A stretch of 32,000 nt of DNA, from contig JAIRQE010000021.1 in the NCBI GenBank assembly GCA_031256725.1, positions 208,051-240,050 on the forward strand, written 5' to 3'. Source of the DNA: Propionibacteriaceae bacterium (lineage in GTDB: Bacteria; Actinomycetota; Actinomycetes; Propionibacteriales; Propionibacteriaceae). Under the pieces are notes generated by a model that worked only from the letters and a program-made list of their open reading frames with translations, was not told the origin of the DNA and made no database searches. Shown piece after piece: positions 17,952-25,626 of the stretch. Position 1 is the stretch's first letter; each line of letters starts with the position of its first letter. The translations under genes and the position numbers were made by a program.

Positions 17952-18112
17952 CTACGCTGCCGAATTTGGTGAGATAGTCAAGGATGAGTCGTTGAAATGA
18001 GAGTTATCCAAAGCTCTTGCTATCATGTATTCGGTGACAATGATACGGGTGTTGGATGAGTAATCTTGGTGAACTCAGGCGTTATGAATGGTGCAGTGGT
18101 CACTTACTAGTG
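17952..18112 (-). pseudogene. HATPase_c_4 domain fragment with in-frame stop (remnant paralog of the 558-aa gene)
   Basis: The nucleotides at 18027-18110 align without gaps to 16567-16650 of the 558-aa gene. The translation HCTIHNA*VHQDYSSNTRIIVTEYMI compares with EAIHNALAHQDYTSRARIIVTEYVD. It sits just downstream of the 181-aa AlbA_2 ORF. Confidence 0.5.
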
Positions 18113-18196
18113 AGTGATCACTCGGACTTCTTTTTCTTGGTTATGGCCACAATACTTCCCATGCACAGGAACCAGACAATCCATAAGACGATATTG

Positions 18197-18742
18197 TCAC
18201 CTACTGCTTCCGCTAAGGATGCACCCTTCCCGATCAGGATGATGGTGTAGATAGGTGAGGTCTGCTGTCTTGTCAATGGGCGTGTTGGCATCCTGAACCC
18301 GGGTGTAGATGCTATTCGCTCGAACAGTGCGCGGCCTGGCACCAGCAGGCGCCTCAGTGAAGTCCTCCGTAATAAGGTACAGCGTATGGGAGGTATTTTT
18401 GACGATGAGAACATCAACCTGATGCCCAACCAGGGTGAAAGTCTGAACCAGCGCAGTGGGTCGCATTCCTCCCTGGAACTTCTTGTAGCGCAGGAAGTTC
18501 GTCAAGTCGTTGGTGTTCCTTCTGCCCTGGTCATTCTCTACTCCCACAACTGCGAAGCCATTGGCTTCATTGACCCCTATGATGATGTAGGCGTCTCTAT
18601 CCTCAAGGTTGTTCGCCATGCAGATGATGTCGTGTAACAGTTCGGCGCCCAAGGGCCACTGCTTCTTGAAGTCCCAATAGCCGCCCTCGCGACAGTCGCT
18701 GATGAGGCTTAAGACCACATCAGCAAGCTCATCATCAGTCAT
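18197..18742 (-). CDS. AlbA_2 (Schlafen-like) domain-only protein, possibly the truncated N-terminal half of a longer AlbA_2/HATPase_c_4 paralog
   Basis: 181 aa. GGYWDFKKQW...LLHDIICMANNLEDRDAYIIIGVNEANGFAVVGVEND...SIYTRVQDANTPI fits the AlbA_2 pattern. The next 100 bp downstream hold the HATPase_c_4 fragment. Confidence 0.65.
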   Translation of the reverse strand: MTDDELADVVLSLISDCREGGYWDFKKQWPLGAELLHDIICMANNLEDRDAYIIIGVNEANGFAVVGVENDQGRRNTNDLTNFLRYKKFQGGMRPTALVQTFTLVGHQVDVLIVKNTSHTLYLITEDFTEAPAGARPRTVRANSIYTRVQDANTPIDKTADLTYLHHHPDREGCILSGSSR

Positions 18743-18857
18743 GTGTCAATCCTTATCAGCTGGTAGTATGCGAGTGCTTGCGCCAGAGGTAATCGCCGAT
18801 GGTTCAATACTGGAGGATTTGCCAGTAGTCGTGAACCTCCGGCCCATGACCGTGCCA

Positions 18858-19868
18858 TCACTGTTTACCCTCGACTTCCCGCTGAAGGCCCTTGACCGCC
18901 TCCAAGTACGCCTCTTCGATATCAGATGGTTCGACGGTGATCCTGGCCCGATACTTGGCGTACTCACTCTCGGCCTTGGTCACGGCTTGTTGGTGGCTGA
19001 CGCTACCTGGCCCGTCGAGTGTCTTGGCCTCCATTGCCACGATGAGCCGGTCCAGATGAGCGAGCCAGTCACGCATGTACGTCAATTCATGGTTCTGGGC
19101 GCGGAATTCGGCGGCATCGAAGTACGCCGACACCAGAGTGTTCAGCCGCTTCAACTCGCCCTCGTCGAGGTAATTCTTGGTGATGCCCACTTCGGCCTTG
19201 GTCGGCTGGCTTCCACTGAATGACAGTAACCCCATGAACGGCTTCCCCGCATCAGCGCGAGTCACGATGACCTCAGCAGCCGTTTGGCCGTGGGCGGCGA
19301 AGTGTAGCTTGTTCTGAACGACGCGGAAGAACTGGACGCTCTCCTCGCTGTGCGGATTGTAATCGACGCTGGTCGCGTACAGGTCGAGCACTTGCCGGTA
19401 CAGCACCTTCTCCGATGACCTGATGTCGCGGATGCGGTCGAGCAGTTCTTTCCAGTACGAGCCACCACCGAGGTTTTTCAGGCGGGCATCGTCCATCGTG
19501 AAGCCCTTGATTAGGTACTCTTTCAGCCGCTCCGTCGCCCAGATGCGGAATTGCGTGGCAACGCTTGAGCGCACCCGGTAGCCGAGCGAGATAATGAGGT
19601 CGAGGTTGTAAAACGGCATGACGCGCGAGACCTGTCGTGAGCCTTCGGTGCGAACCTGTCGGAAATCCCGACAGGTTGCCGCCTCGCTGAGTTCACCTTC
19701 GGCATAGATATTTTGGATGTGTTCCACCACGTTGGTGCGGGAGGTCTGGAACAGATCAGCCAGCTGTTGTTGGCTTAGCCACATTGTCTCCCCATCAAGA
19801 TGCACGTCGATGGCCGGTTGCCCATCGCGCTGGTACAGCACAATCTCACCCGTGGGTTGCTCGGTCAT
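18858..19868 (-). CDS. rhuM: RhuM-family protein (virulence/R-M-island-associated DNA-binding protein)
   Basis: 336 aa. GEIVLYQRDGQPAIDVHLDGETMWLSQQQLADLFQTSRTNVVEHIQNIYAEGEL...YNLDLIISLGYRVRSSVATQFRIWATERLKEYLIKGFTMDDARLK is the conserved RhuM core. Confidence 0.85.
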   Translation of the reverse strand: MTEQPTGEIVLYQRDGQPAIDVHLDGETMWLSQQQLADLFQTSRTNVVEHIQNIYAEGELSEAATCRDFRQVRTEGSRQVSRVMPFYNLDLIISLGYRVRSSVATQFRIWATERLKEYLIKGFTMDDARLKNLGGGSYWKELLDRIRDIRSSEKVLYRQVLDLYATSVDYNPHSEESVQFFRVVQNKLHFAAHGQTAAEVIVTRADAGKPFMGLLSFSGSQPTKAEVGITKNYLDEGELKRLNTLVSAYFDAAEFRAQNHELTYMRDWLAHLDRLIVAMEAKTLDGPGSVSHQQAVTKAESEYAKYRARITVEPSDIEEAYLEAVKGLQREVEGKQ

Positions 19869-19950
19869 CGCTCGCCTCCGCCTTGTTCTCAGGTACGCTG
19901 TTCAGTCTAACTATCGGCACTGACATTTCTCTCACCGCCCTGCCTCCGAC

Positions 19951-21112
19951 TTACCTAACCCCTGTTCTTCGATCTCTTGGGATTGAATCTCCATCAGAGT
20001 CCCGCTGGTAATCCAACTCTGCCCTCTGGTAGCGTAACGCCGTCGTGGCGGATGTGTGCCCACCCACCGCCATGACAGCTCGCAGATTACCGCCCGAATG
20101 ACGGTAGATCGCCGTTAGCCCGGTGACACGGGTACCGTGGAAAATGTAACCGCCATCATCAGTGAGTAATCGCTTAATCTTCTCGTCCTCAGTTGCATCA
20201 GCCACCTGTTGGCAGGCCTTCTTGAATGCTTTCAACCATGCCGCTGACCGTACCGGCTTGCCATCTGCTGACCAGAACAGCAAACCATGTGGGCCAAGCT
20301 GGGTGTGATTCAGAAGATGATCGCGCACATCCGGCATTAACGCACTTGGAATGATCAGGCGCCTGTTACTCCGCTCGGTCTTCAGTCCACCGATGGGGTT
20401 ATCCCAGTCCCGCTTGTTGATGGAGTGCTGAATGTGTAGGACATCATCATCGAAATCCTGGCGTTGCAACGCCCGTACCTCTCCTGAGCGCAACCCCAGC
20501 ACCCCGGCCAGCAGTACGCCCAAACGGAACCATGGCGGCATCTCGTCAGCGATGGCATACAACACCGGCAGTGGATCGTTGTTGCGTTCCTTCGATGGTT
20601 TACCAGCGCCCTTGATCCTCGCCGGGTTCACATCGATGGCGGCGTTCATGATCGCCCGCAACAGGCCGTACGCCTGATGGCACGAAGCAGCCCGCTCGAC
20701 GACCGGCAGGCTCTGCCACCATGCCCGAACCTGGCGGCGGGTCAGTTCCTCGATCAGTACGTCGCCGAGACCATGAGTCGTCCATGCAGGCGGATCGCCT
20801 GGTCTCGATATACGCCGCACCGAAGGTTGCGATTGTCGGAGCGTCCTTGCGAGCTTGCTCGGCTTGCCGGGCTTCTTCCACCCGCTCGGCAGGAGGGCTC
20901 CACCGGTCAGTCTCGATCAGGCGACGCTCCCTCTCCAACCAGACCCGAGCAGCACCCTCAGTCTGGAAGCTGCGTGATGCGAAGTACTCCGCACTCGGCT
21001 GTACCCCAGAAATGCCACCATGCCGGTATGAGGCCGTGAAGTTACCCGACTTTTGCCGTCATACCGTGCCCCACGTGGACCGGTAGCCACTCGGTTTCCT
21101 TGCTCTTGGCAT
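19951..21112 (-). pseudogene. int: Tyrosine recombinase/phage-type integrase, disrupted (in-frame TGA at codon 18 and a frameshift/deletion near 20800-20830)
   Basis: The minus-strand ATG at 21112 gives MPRARKPSGYRSTWGTV*(TGA = 21061-21059)RQKSGNFTASYRH...FQTEGAARVWLERERRLIETDRWSPP...TFGAAYIETRR. The reading then continues only in another frame: ...HGLGDVLIEELTRRQVRAWW...GLRSGEVRAL...FHGTRVTG...GGHTSATTALRYQ. These contain the catalytic R, HxxR and H..Y boxes. The linker between TFGAAYIETRR and GLGDV is about 20 aa shorter than usual. Confidence 0.75.
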
Positions 21113-21280
21113 AACTCTTATCTCTCGCGTGAATCTCAGCTCCGCTACGTTATCGCTACGCTATGTACCTATAACAAGCATACTCAAGCGGGTGCAACTG
21201 AATACACTCTTCATCTACAGCACCTTGTCAGGTGCGTGTTTTCAGTTCTGGCAAGGAGCGAGGAAACCACCCCGCTCGTA

Positions 21281-21394
21281 TTCGAATCTCGTATCCCCGC
21301 TGGTCAGTCACAAAGAGAAGGATTAAGATCGCTATATGTTCCTTACTCAAACCACAAGAATAGGTAAAGGGCATGTAAATATTGTTTGGTTTGG
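21281..21394 (+). repeat. Right direct repeat of the island (attR-like): degenerate tRNA-Ser 3' fragment, ~31-bp insertion, then the shared ~64-bp segment
   Basis: TTCGAATCTCGTATCC-CCGC (21281-21299) is followed by an unrelated TGGTCAGTCACAAAGAGAAGGATTAAGATC. Then comes GCTATATGTTCCTTACTCAAACCACAAGAATAGGTAAAGGGCATGTAAATATTG.... The upstream bases do not form a T-stem, so this is a fragment and not a second tRNA. Confidence 0.8.
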
Positions 21395-21564
21395 GGCTGC
21401 ATTCTCTCATCTGGACCCACAAACAGTAATGGTGAGGAAAAGCCCTCGCCTACTGGAAGATCGGACCCTAAGGTCAGCCAATAAATAAAATGTAGCATCG
21501 TAAAAGGGGCGAAGAACCCAAAGACTGGTCTCGCAGGTTATTGTTGGATGGTTAACAGACTGCG

Positions 21565-22212
21565 ATGAAAGAGACTTCCATGATGGATTCAAGTACCCAA
21601 TGGTCTTATCCCCGGCATCAGACAATCTTGGGGGAGATTAGTGTCAGACTTCATACGTACGAGAATGTGTACGCGATGCATCCAGATCATCTTTCGCGGA
21701 TTCAGGAAGATGGGCGGGATGTTCTGGAATCGTCTCGTCTTGCATGGGACAGGGGGCAACAGGAAACTGAGGGCCACCTTTCTGTTGCAGTGACCTTGAC
21801 GCCTGGGCGTGGCATCCGCATCAGTGCAATTGGTGTACACAGTGAGGGTGTCAAATCCCTGGTGGTCACGCTTCACGGGGTACCACGCGGTGATATCACC
21901 AACGTACCTGAGGGTCGTCTTTCCATACCAGAGGATGGGTGTACCATTTCTTATCCAGGAGGATGGCCGGACCATGCAAGCGCCCACTTGGGTATTGAGG
22001 TAACCGAGTCTCTGCTCCTGTCGATTCGTTCCGAGGATGACCAGATACGCTCCAAGACCTTTGTAATGATTCCCCACGTATCGGACCCAGGCATGATGGA
22101 TGTTGACCTCCTTCTTGAGAGTGACCCAACAGATTCCAGTACCTCCCTGACCATACCCGAGTGGGTTGTCGTGGTACTAAATCGAACCAGTCCTGATTCC
22201 GAAAAAGCGTAG
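21565..22212 (+). CDS. Hypothetical protein (no recognisable domain)
   Basis: 215-aa ORF with balanced, acidic composition. Competing antisense ORFs have low-complexity, Ser/Gly/Trp-rich translations. No motif was recognised. Confidence 0.4.
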   Translation: MKETSMMDSSTQWSYPRHQTILGEISVRLHTYENVYAMHPDHLSRIQEDGRDVLESSRLAWDRGQQETEGHLSVAVTLTPGRGIRISAIGVHSEGVKSLVVTLHGVPRGDITNVPEGRLSIPEDGCTISYPGGWPDHASAHLGIEVTESLLLSIRSEDDQIRSKTFVMIPHVSDPGMMDVDLLLESDPTDSSTSLTIPEWVVVVLNRTSPDSEKA

Positions 22213-22389
22213 GCGTTTGCGCCCAAAGAAGGATTTCCACTCGTCCCTTGGGTGGATCCTGGGGATAGCGATTCTTTGACAACGGTACAGTCGTGGTCTT
22301 GTCGTACGGAACTGGCATAATAAGAAACCCAATCCAGAGCCAGTGAGGAGTACCCCATCAACCCCAAGTACCACAAGCTCACGTCCGCT

Positions 22390-23592
22390 GTGACGGCGAT
22401 GTTGATGTGCGTACTCTCTATGGCAGGGTGCTCAACCCAGCCCCCAGAACTCCCTGTCATCGAACTGACACTTCCTGCAGCAGTTGACCCGATGCCCTAC
22501 TTCCCGCCGCCGCTCAAAACTGCGATCGATGAGGTCCTATACAACGCCCTCAAGAATCATGAGGAGCGAATCGATCTGACCCAGTTTCGGTACCACGAGG
22601 ATCAGGTCCCAAACATCCATGACTTCATCAAACAGTACCCCGAGTTCGATTACGGGGATGGGTTCAGCGCGCTATATTACACAGTCAACTCGATGGTGAC
22701 GCGGGTTCAGATCACCTATCCGGCCCATGTTGGCGACTATGATCGCGAGCTTGCCGATGCGGTGGCTAAGGCCATCATGACCATCCGTACCCGTCTTCCT
22801 CGCAACCCCAGCGAGGCCGAAATTGTGGCCACCATCTCCGACTTTATCGCAACCACGGTCGCCTACACCTTCGAATCTGATGGGTTCACCCCGGATACGA
22901 GCCTGTCCACCACCTACCATGCCATGGTCCAGGGCAGGGGAGTCTGCGATGCCTATGCTGATGCGTTCACCCTTCTGGCAAGGAGGTTTGGTCTCGAAGT
23001 CATCACTGTATCGGGTGTCACCCAATCCCCGGAGGGGGAGGGCAACCACGCGTGGAACATGGTCAAAGTCGATGGCCAGTGGTATCACGTCGACACAACA
23101 TGGAACGACCCGGCACCAGACGTACCCGGGCAGGCCCACCATACCTACCTTCTCCTGTCCGACAAGGCAATTCGTTCTCCAAGGGGCCTCAGTGAGAGTA
23201 CGCACCTTTCGTGGTACGCCCGCTGGTTGGAGTTTCAGGGCGACGAGATTCCAGAAGCGGTATCCACCACTTACGATGATGCTTTCTGGGTGTACGAGAA
23301 AACTCCACTCACCTTCGTGACAAGGCCTTTTGCAGAGCGGGAGCAGGAACACCATAGTGCAACCATCGAGTCGAAGTTGTCGGAGGCCCGCAAGACCGGT
23401 ACCGAGGTGGTCGTCTATCAGTTCGCCCTCACCTCCGAAGAGGTACGCGCCCGCTGGAATCAGTTGTACCCTGGAATCCTTCTAGTCGTCACGACTCCCA
23501 TGAACTCCGACATCGTCTATTCGGTTCAACTCCAGGACGCCTATCTGGCTGATCAGGAAAACCCGTTCGGCAAGAAATGGAGACCCCACTAA
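22390..23592 (+). CDS. Transglutaminase-like (cysteine-protease fold) lipoprotein
   Basis: The lipobox is LSMAGC near the N-terminus. The start is GTG 22390 or ATG 22399. The core is GRGVCDAYADAFTLLARRFGLEVITVSG...GNHAWNMVKVDGQWYHVDTTWNDP, the Cys-His-Asp transglutaminase-core triad. Confidence 0.8.
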   Translation: MTAMLMCVLSMAGCSTQPPELPVIELTLPAAVDPMPYFPPPLKTAIDEVLYNALKNHEERIDLTQFRYHEDQVPNIHDFIKQYPEFDYGDGFSALYYTVNSMVTRVQITYPAHVGDYDRELADAVAKAIMTIRTRLPRNPSEAEIVATISDFIATTVAYTFESDGFTPDTSLSTTYHAMVQGRGVCDAYADAFTLLARRFGLEVITVSGVTQSPEGEGNHAWNMVKVDGQWYHVDTTWNDPAPDVPGQAHHTYLLLSDKAIRSPRGLSESTHLSWYARWLEFQGDEIPEAVSTTYDDAFWVYEKTPLTFVTRPFAEREQEHHSATIESKLSEARKTGTEVVVYQFALTSEEVRARWNQLYPGILLVVTTPMNSDIVYSVQLQDAYLADQENPFGKKWRPH

Positions 23593-23622
23593 CCCCTGCT
23601 ATACTCTCATGTGGCTGTCCAC

Positions 23623-23696
23623 GCGAGTGTAGTTCAATGGTAGAACATCAGCTTCCCAAGCTGACAGTGCGGGTTCGATTCCCGTCACTCGCTCCA
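23623..23696 (+). tRNA. tRNA-Gly (anticodon CCC), CCA encoded
   Basis: Acceptor GCGAGTG/CACTCGC, D-arm GTTC-AATGGTA-GAAC, anticodon stem TCAGC/GCTGA with loop TTCCCAA, T-arm GCGGG-TTCGATT-CCCGT, then T-CCA. Confidence 0.95.
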
Positions 23697-23882
23697 GTAA
23701 TGACGAATCACTATCTCACATTCATGAATGGTTGTGAAACCTACCTGGGAATCGGACCCGAGAGGGTTCGAACGTGAGGAGAAGACCCCGAAGCGCCCCT
23801 TTGAGTAGTGAGGCCCGAGGGAGCCCAACAGGCTGACGAAGGGGGCGGATTGCGGAGCAATGCGCATATGCTGAGGTGTACA

Positions 23883-23901
23883 TGTGTCAAAAGATACGTC
23901 C
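23883..23901 (+). repeat. Dispersed ~30-bp repeat, copy a (left half only)
   Basis: TGTGTCAAAAGATACGTCC. It matches the first 19 nt of the other copies but lacks the CCTGACACAC arm. Confidence 0.6.
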
Positions 23902-23921
23902 TCGCAAGCGTTTCCTGGCAC

Positions 23922-24374
23922 TCAGGCTAGGAGGGCTTTGACTTTTGCAGCTACGGTACCACCATCAGCTCGGCCCTGTACTCGGGCGTTGACGGCCTTG
24001 ATGATCATGCCCATTTGTTTGAGGGAGGCACCCTCAATAGCAGCAGTCTCCTCGGCGACAATGGAATCCAATTCTGCCTCAGTCAGGGGTGCAGGAAGAT
24101 AGCGTGCGAGCAGTTCGGCTTCGCGTTCTTCCTTGTCAGCCAGCTCTGGACGATTGCCGGCGGCATAGGCCTCGGCGGATTCGCGGCGTTTGCGAGCCTC
24201 GCGGGTGATGACCACCAGTTCCTCATCTTTGCTGAGTTCGCGGGCTGAATCTCCGGCGACCTCTTCATTAGCGATCGCTGCGACAATCATCCGCAGTACG
24301 CCTGTGGTAAAGGCATCCTTTGCCTTCATTGCGGTCACTAGGTCTGCGCGGATCTGGTCCTTGAGTTCAGCCAT
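23922..24374 (-). CDS. GatB/YqeY domain-containing protein
   Basis: MAELKDQIRADLVTAMKAKDAFTTGVLRMIVAAIANEEV...LSKDEELVVITREARKRRESAEAYAAGNRPELADKEEREAELLARYLP..L.E.EL...V....A.....KQMG.I.KAV. The start ATG at 24374 follows AAAAGGAGAAG. The ORF-track start at 24464 is an upstream extension. Confidence 0.9.
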   Translation of the reverse strand: MAELKDQIRADLVTAMKAKDAFTTGVLRMIVAAIANEEVAGDSARELSKDEELVVITREARKRRESAEAYAAGNRPELADKEEREAELLARYLPAPLTEAELDSIVAEETAAIEGASLKQMGMIIKAVNARVQGRADGGTVAAKVKALLA

Positions 24375-24795
24375 GTCTTCTCCTTTTGCTTGAGTACCAG
24401 GCCAGCACTGTGGCAGACCCAGATTCCATGGTCTCATACTGGTGATTTCTGGCCAAAAGGGCATTCAGCAAGATGTGATCTACGCACAACTTCGCCACAT
24501 CACCTGTACTCAAGTTCTGGTGATTCACGACAGGGCTGATACTCCCCAACTTCGCAATATCACCCTCGTACTCAGGTTCGGTGGATGGTTTGAGAAGTTT
24601 GACCTCATTCAGTGCAGTTTTTGGTGTACAAAGTTCACAATCCCAGTGCGGTCGCACCAAGGGGTCGATTGTGAGAACTTATGTACGGCGGAGGCTTCTG
24701 CGACCCCATGATCAGCAAAAGGGACCCGCAATCCATGATTCACAATCCCTGGGTATGTCGGGGGGCGGTGGCCATGTGTCAGGGGACGGGAGGAC

Positions 24796-24825
24796 GGTGT
24801 GTCAGGGGACGTATCTTTTAACACA
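24796..24825 (-). repeat. Dispersed ~30-bp repeat, copy b (inverted orientation)
   Basis: The plus strand is GGTGTGTCAGGGGACGTATCTTTTAACACA. The reverse complement TGTGTTAAAAGATACGTCCCCTGACACACC matches copy d at about 26 of 30 positions. Confidence 0.7.
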
Positions 24826-24832
24826 AGACCTT

Positions 24833-24872
24833 TATGTATGTGAGGTGCCTAGTATGTATGTGAGGTGTCTAG
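24833..24872 (+). repeat. 20-bp tandem duplication (x2) in the yqeY-hpt intergenic region
   Basis: TATGTATGTGAGGTGCCTAG followed by TATGTATGTGAGGTGTCTAG, with one mismatch. Confidence 0.85.
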
Positions 24873-24920
24873 TGTTCGGATTTCCTGATGCCACTGAGGA
24901 GCAGATGGTGAGGTTGATAA

Positions 24921-24949
24921 TGTGCCAAGAGCTACGTCTCCTGACACAC
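24921..24949 (+). repeat. Dispersed ~30-bp repeat, copy e
   Basis: TGTGCCAAGAGCTACGTCTCCTGACACAC. Partial tail reiterations follow (ATCCTCTGACACATCCTGACA). Confidence 0.65.
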
Positions 24950-25024
24950 ACATCCTCTGACACATCCTGACATTGATACACAAACGACGAAAAGCCGTAC
25001 CTCATCCTAAGGTAGAATCGGTAT

Positions 25025-25576
25025 GTGAATTTGGATGATGTCCCCGATGACTTGAGTGCCGTACTTTTTACTGAGGAGCAAATCACTACGCGAATCAGGG
25101 AACTCGCTGCCCGGATCGATCAGGATTATGCTGATAGGAACCCGCTTATGGTGGGGATTCTCAATGGTGCTGTCATGATTATGGCCGATTTGAGTCGTGC
25201 CTTGAGTATCCATTGCGAGATGGATTGGATGGCGATCTCATCCTATGGGTCGGGCGTATCCTCGTCAGGGGTGGTACGCATCCTCAAAGATATGAACACC
25301 TCCGTTGTCGGTCGCCATGTGCTCATCGTCGAGGATATTGTTGATACTGGCCTGACTTTGGCGTATCTCATTGAAAATCTGAAATCCCGAAATCCGGCTT
25401 CGATTGAGGTCTGTGCAGGGTTCCGCAAACCGGAGGCCCAACGTAATGAGGTCGAAGTGAAGTACCTCGGGTTCGATATTCCAAGCGATTTCGTTGTGGG
25501 CTATGGACTCGACTACGCTGGAAGATATCGTAACCTTCGAGGTTTGGGGATTCTGTCCCCGTCGGTCTACTCGTGA
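25025..25576 (+). CDS. hpt: Hypoxanthine-guanine phosphoribosyltransferase
   Basis: LFTEEQITTRIRELAARIDQDY....PLMVGILNGAVMIMADLSRAL.....MDWMAISSYG...SSGVVRILKD......GRHVLIVEDIVDTGLTLAYL...L....PASIEVC....KP........V.Y.GF.IP..FVVGYGLDY...YRNL. The PRPP-binding VLIVEDIVDTG motif is present. The start is GTG 25025 (no in-frame ATG nearby). Confidence 0.95.
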   Translation: MNLDDVPDDLSAVLFTEEQITTRIRELAARIDQDYADRNPLMVGILNGAVMIMADLSRALSIHCEMDWMAISSYGSGVSSSGVVRILKDMNTSVVGRHVLIVEDIVDTGLTLAYLIENLKSRNPASIEVCAGFRKPEAQRNEVEVKYLGFDIPSDFVVGYGLDYAGRYRNLRGLGILSPSVYS

Positions 25577-25580
25577 CAGC

Positions 25581-25626
25581 TCCATAAGGATCAACAACAC
25601 ATGTCCATAAGGATCAACAACACATG
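25581..25626 (+). repeat. Perfect 23-bp tandem duplication spanning the RBS and ATG of ftsH
   Basis: TCCATAAGGATCAACAACACATG occurs at 25581-25603 and again at 25604-25626. Confidence 0.95.

Larger units (their letters stand above)
8363..21394. mobile_element. tRNA-Ser-associated genomic (defence) island, ~13 kb, composite and probably immobilised
   Basis: It is flanked by the direct repeats above. It carries a disrupted tyrosine integrase next to the right repeat, R-M/defence-type cargo, and remnants of a second integrase, RhuM and HATPase_c_4 gene. Confidence 0.8.

Noticed and set aside
21200-21299. Second tRNA gene at the right island border
   Set aside because: Only the TTCGAATCTCGTATCC segment matches. 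The upstream bases cannot form a T-stem, anticodon arm or acceptor stem. It is interpreted as a displaced tRNA 3' fragment (attR).
21589-22460. Minus-strand ORFs (162, 140 and 169 aa) overlapping the 21565-22212 hypothetical gene
   Set aside because: They are mutually overlapping with Trp/Gly/Ser/Arg-rich implausible translations. The plus-strand ORF is the more protein-like, but it is itself only weakly supported.
23740-23780. T-loop-like GGGTTCGAAC downstream of tRNA-Gly, possibly another att remnant or tRNA
   Set aside because: There is no complementary T-stem or acceptor pairing around it, and the single motif can occur by chance.
24367-24970. ORFs of 97 aa (minus) and 129 aa (plus) in the yqeY-hpt gap
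   Set aside because: They run through tandem and dispersed repeats, overlap the yqeY start region, have no RBS and give low-complexity translations.
24775-25626. Tandem repeats as a possible CRISPR array
   Set aside because: There are only two copies each, units of 20-23 bp with no spacers of uniform length, and no cas genes. They are simple tandem duplications.
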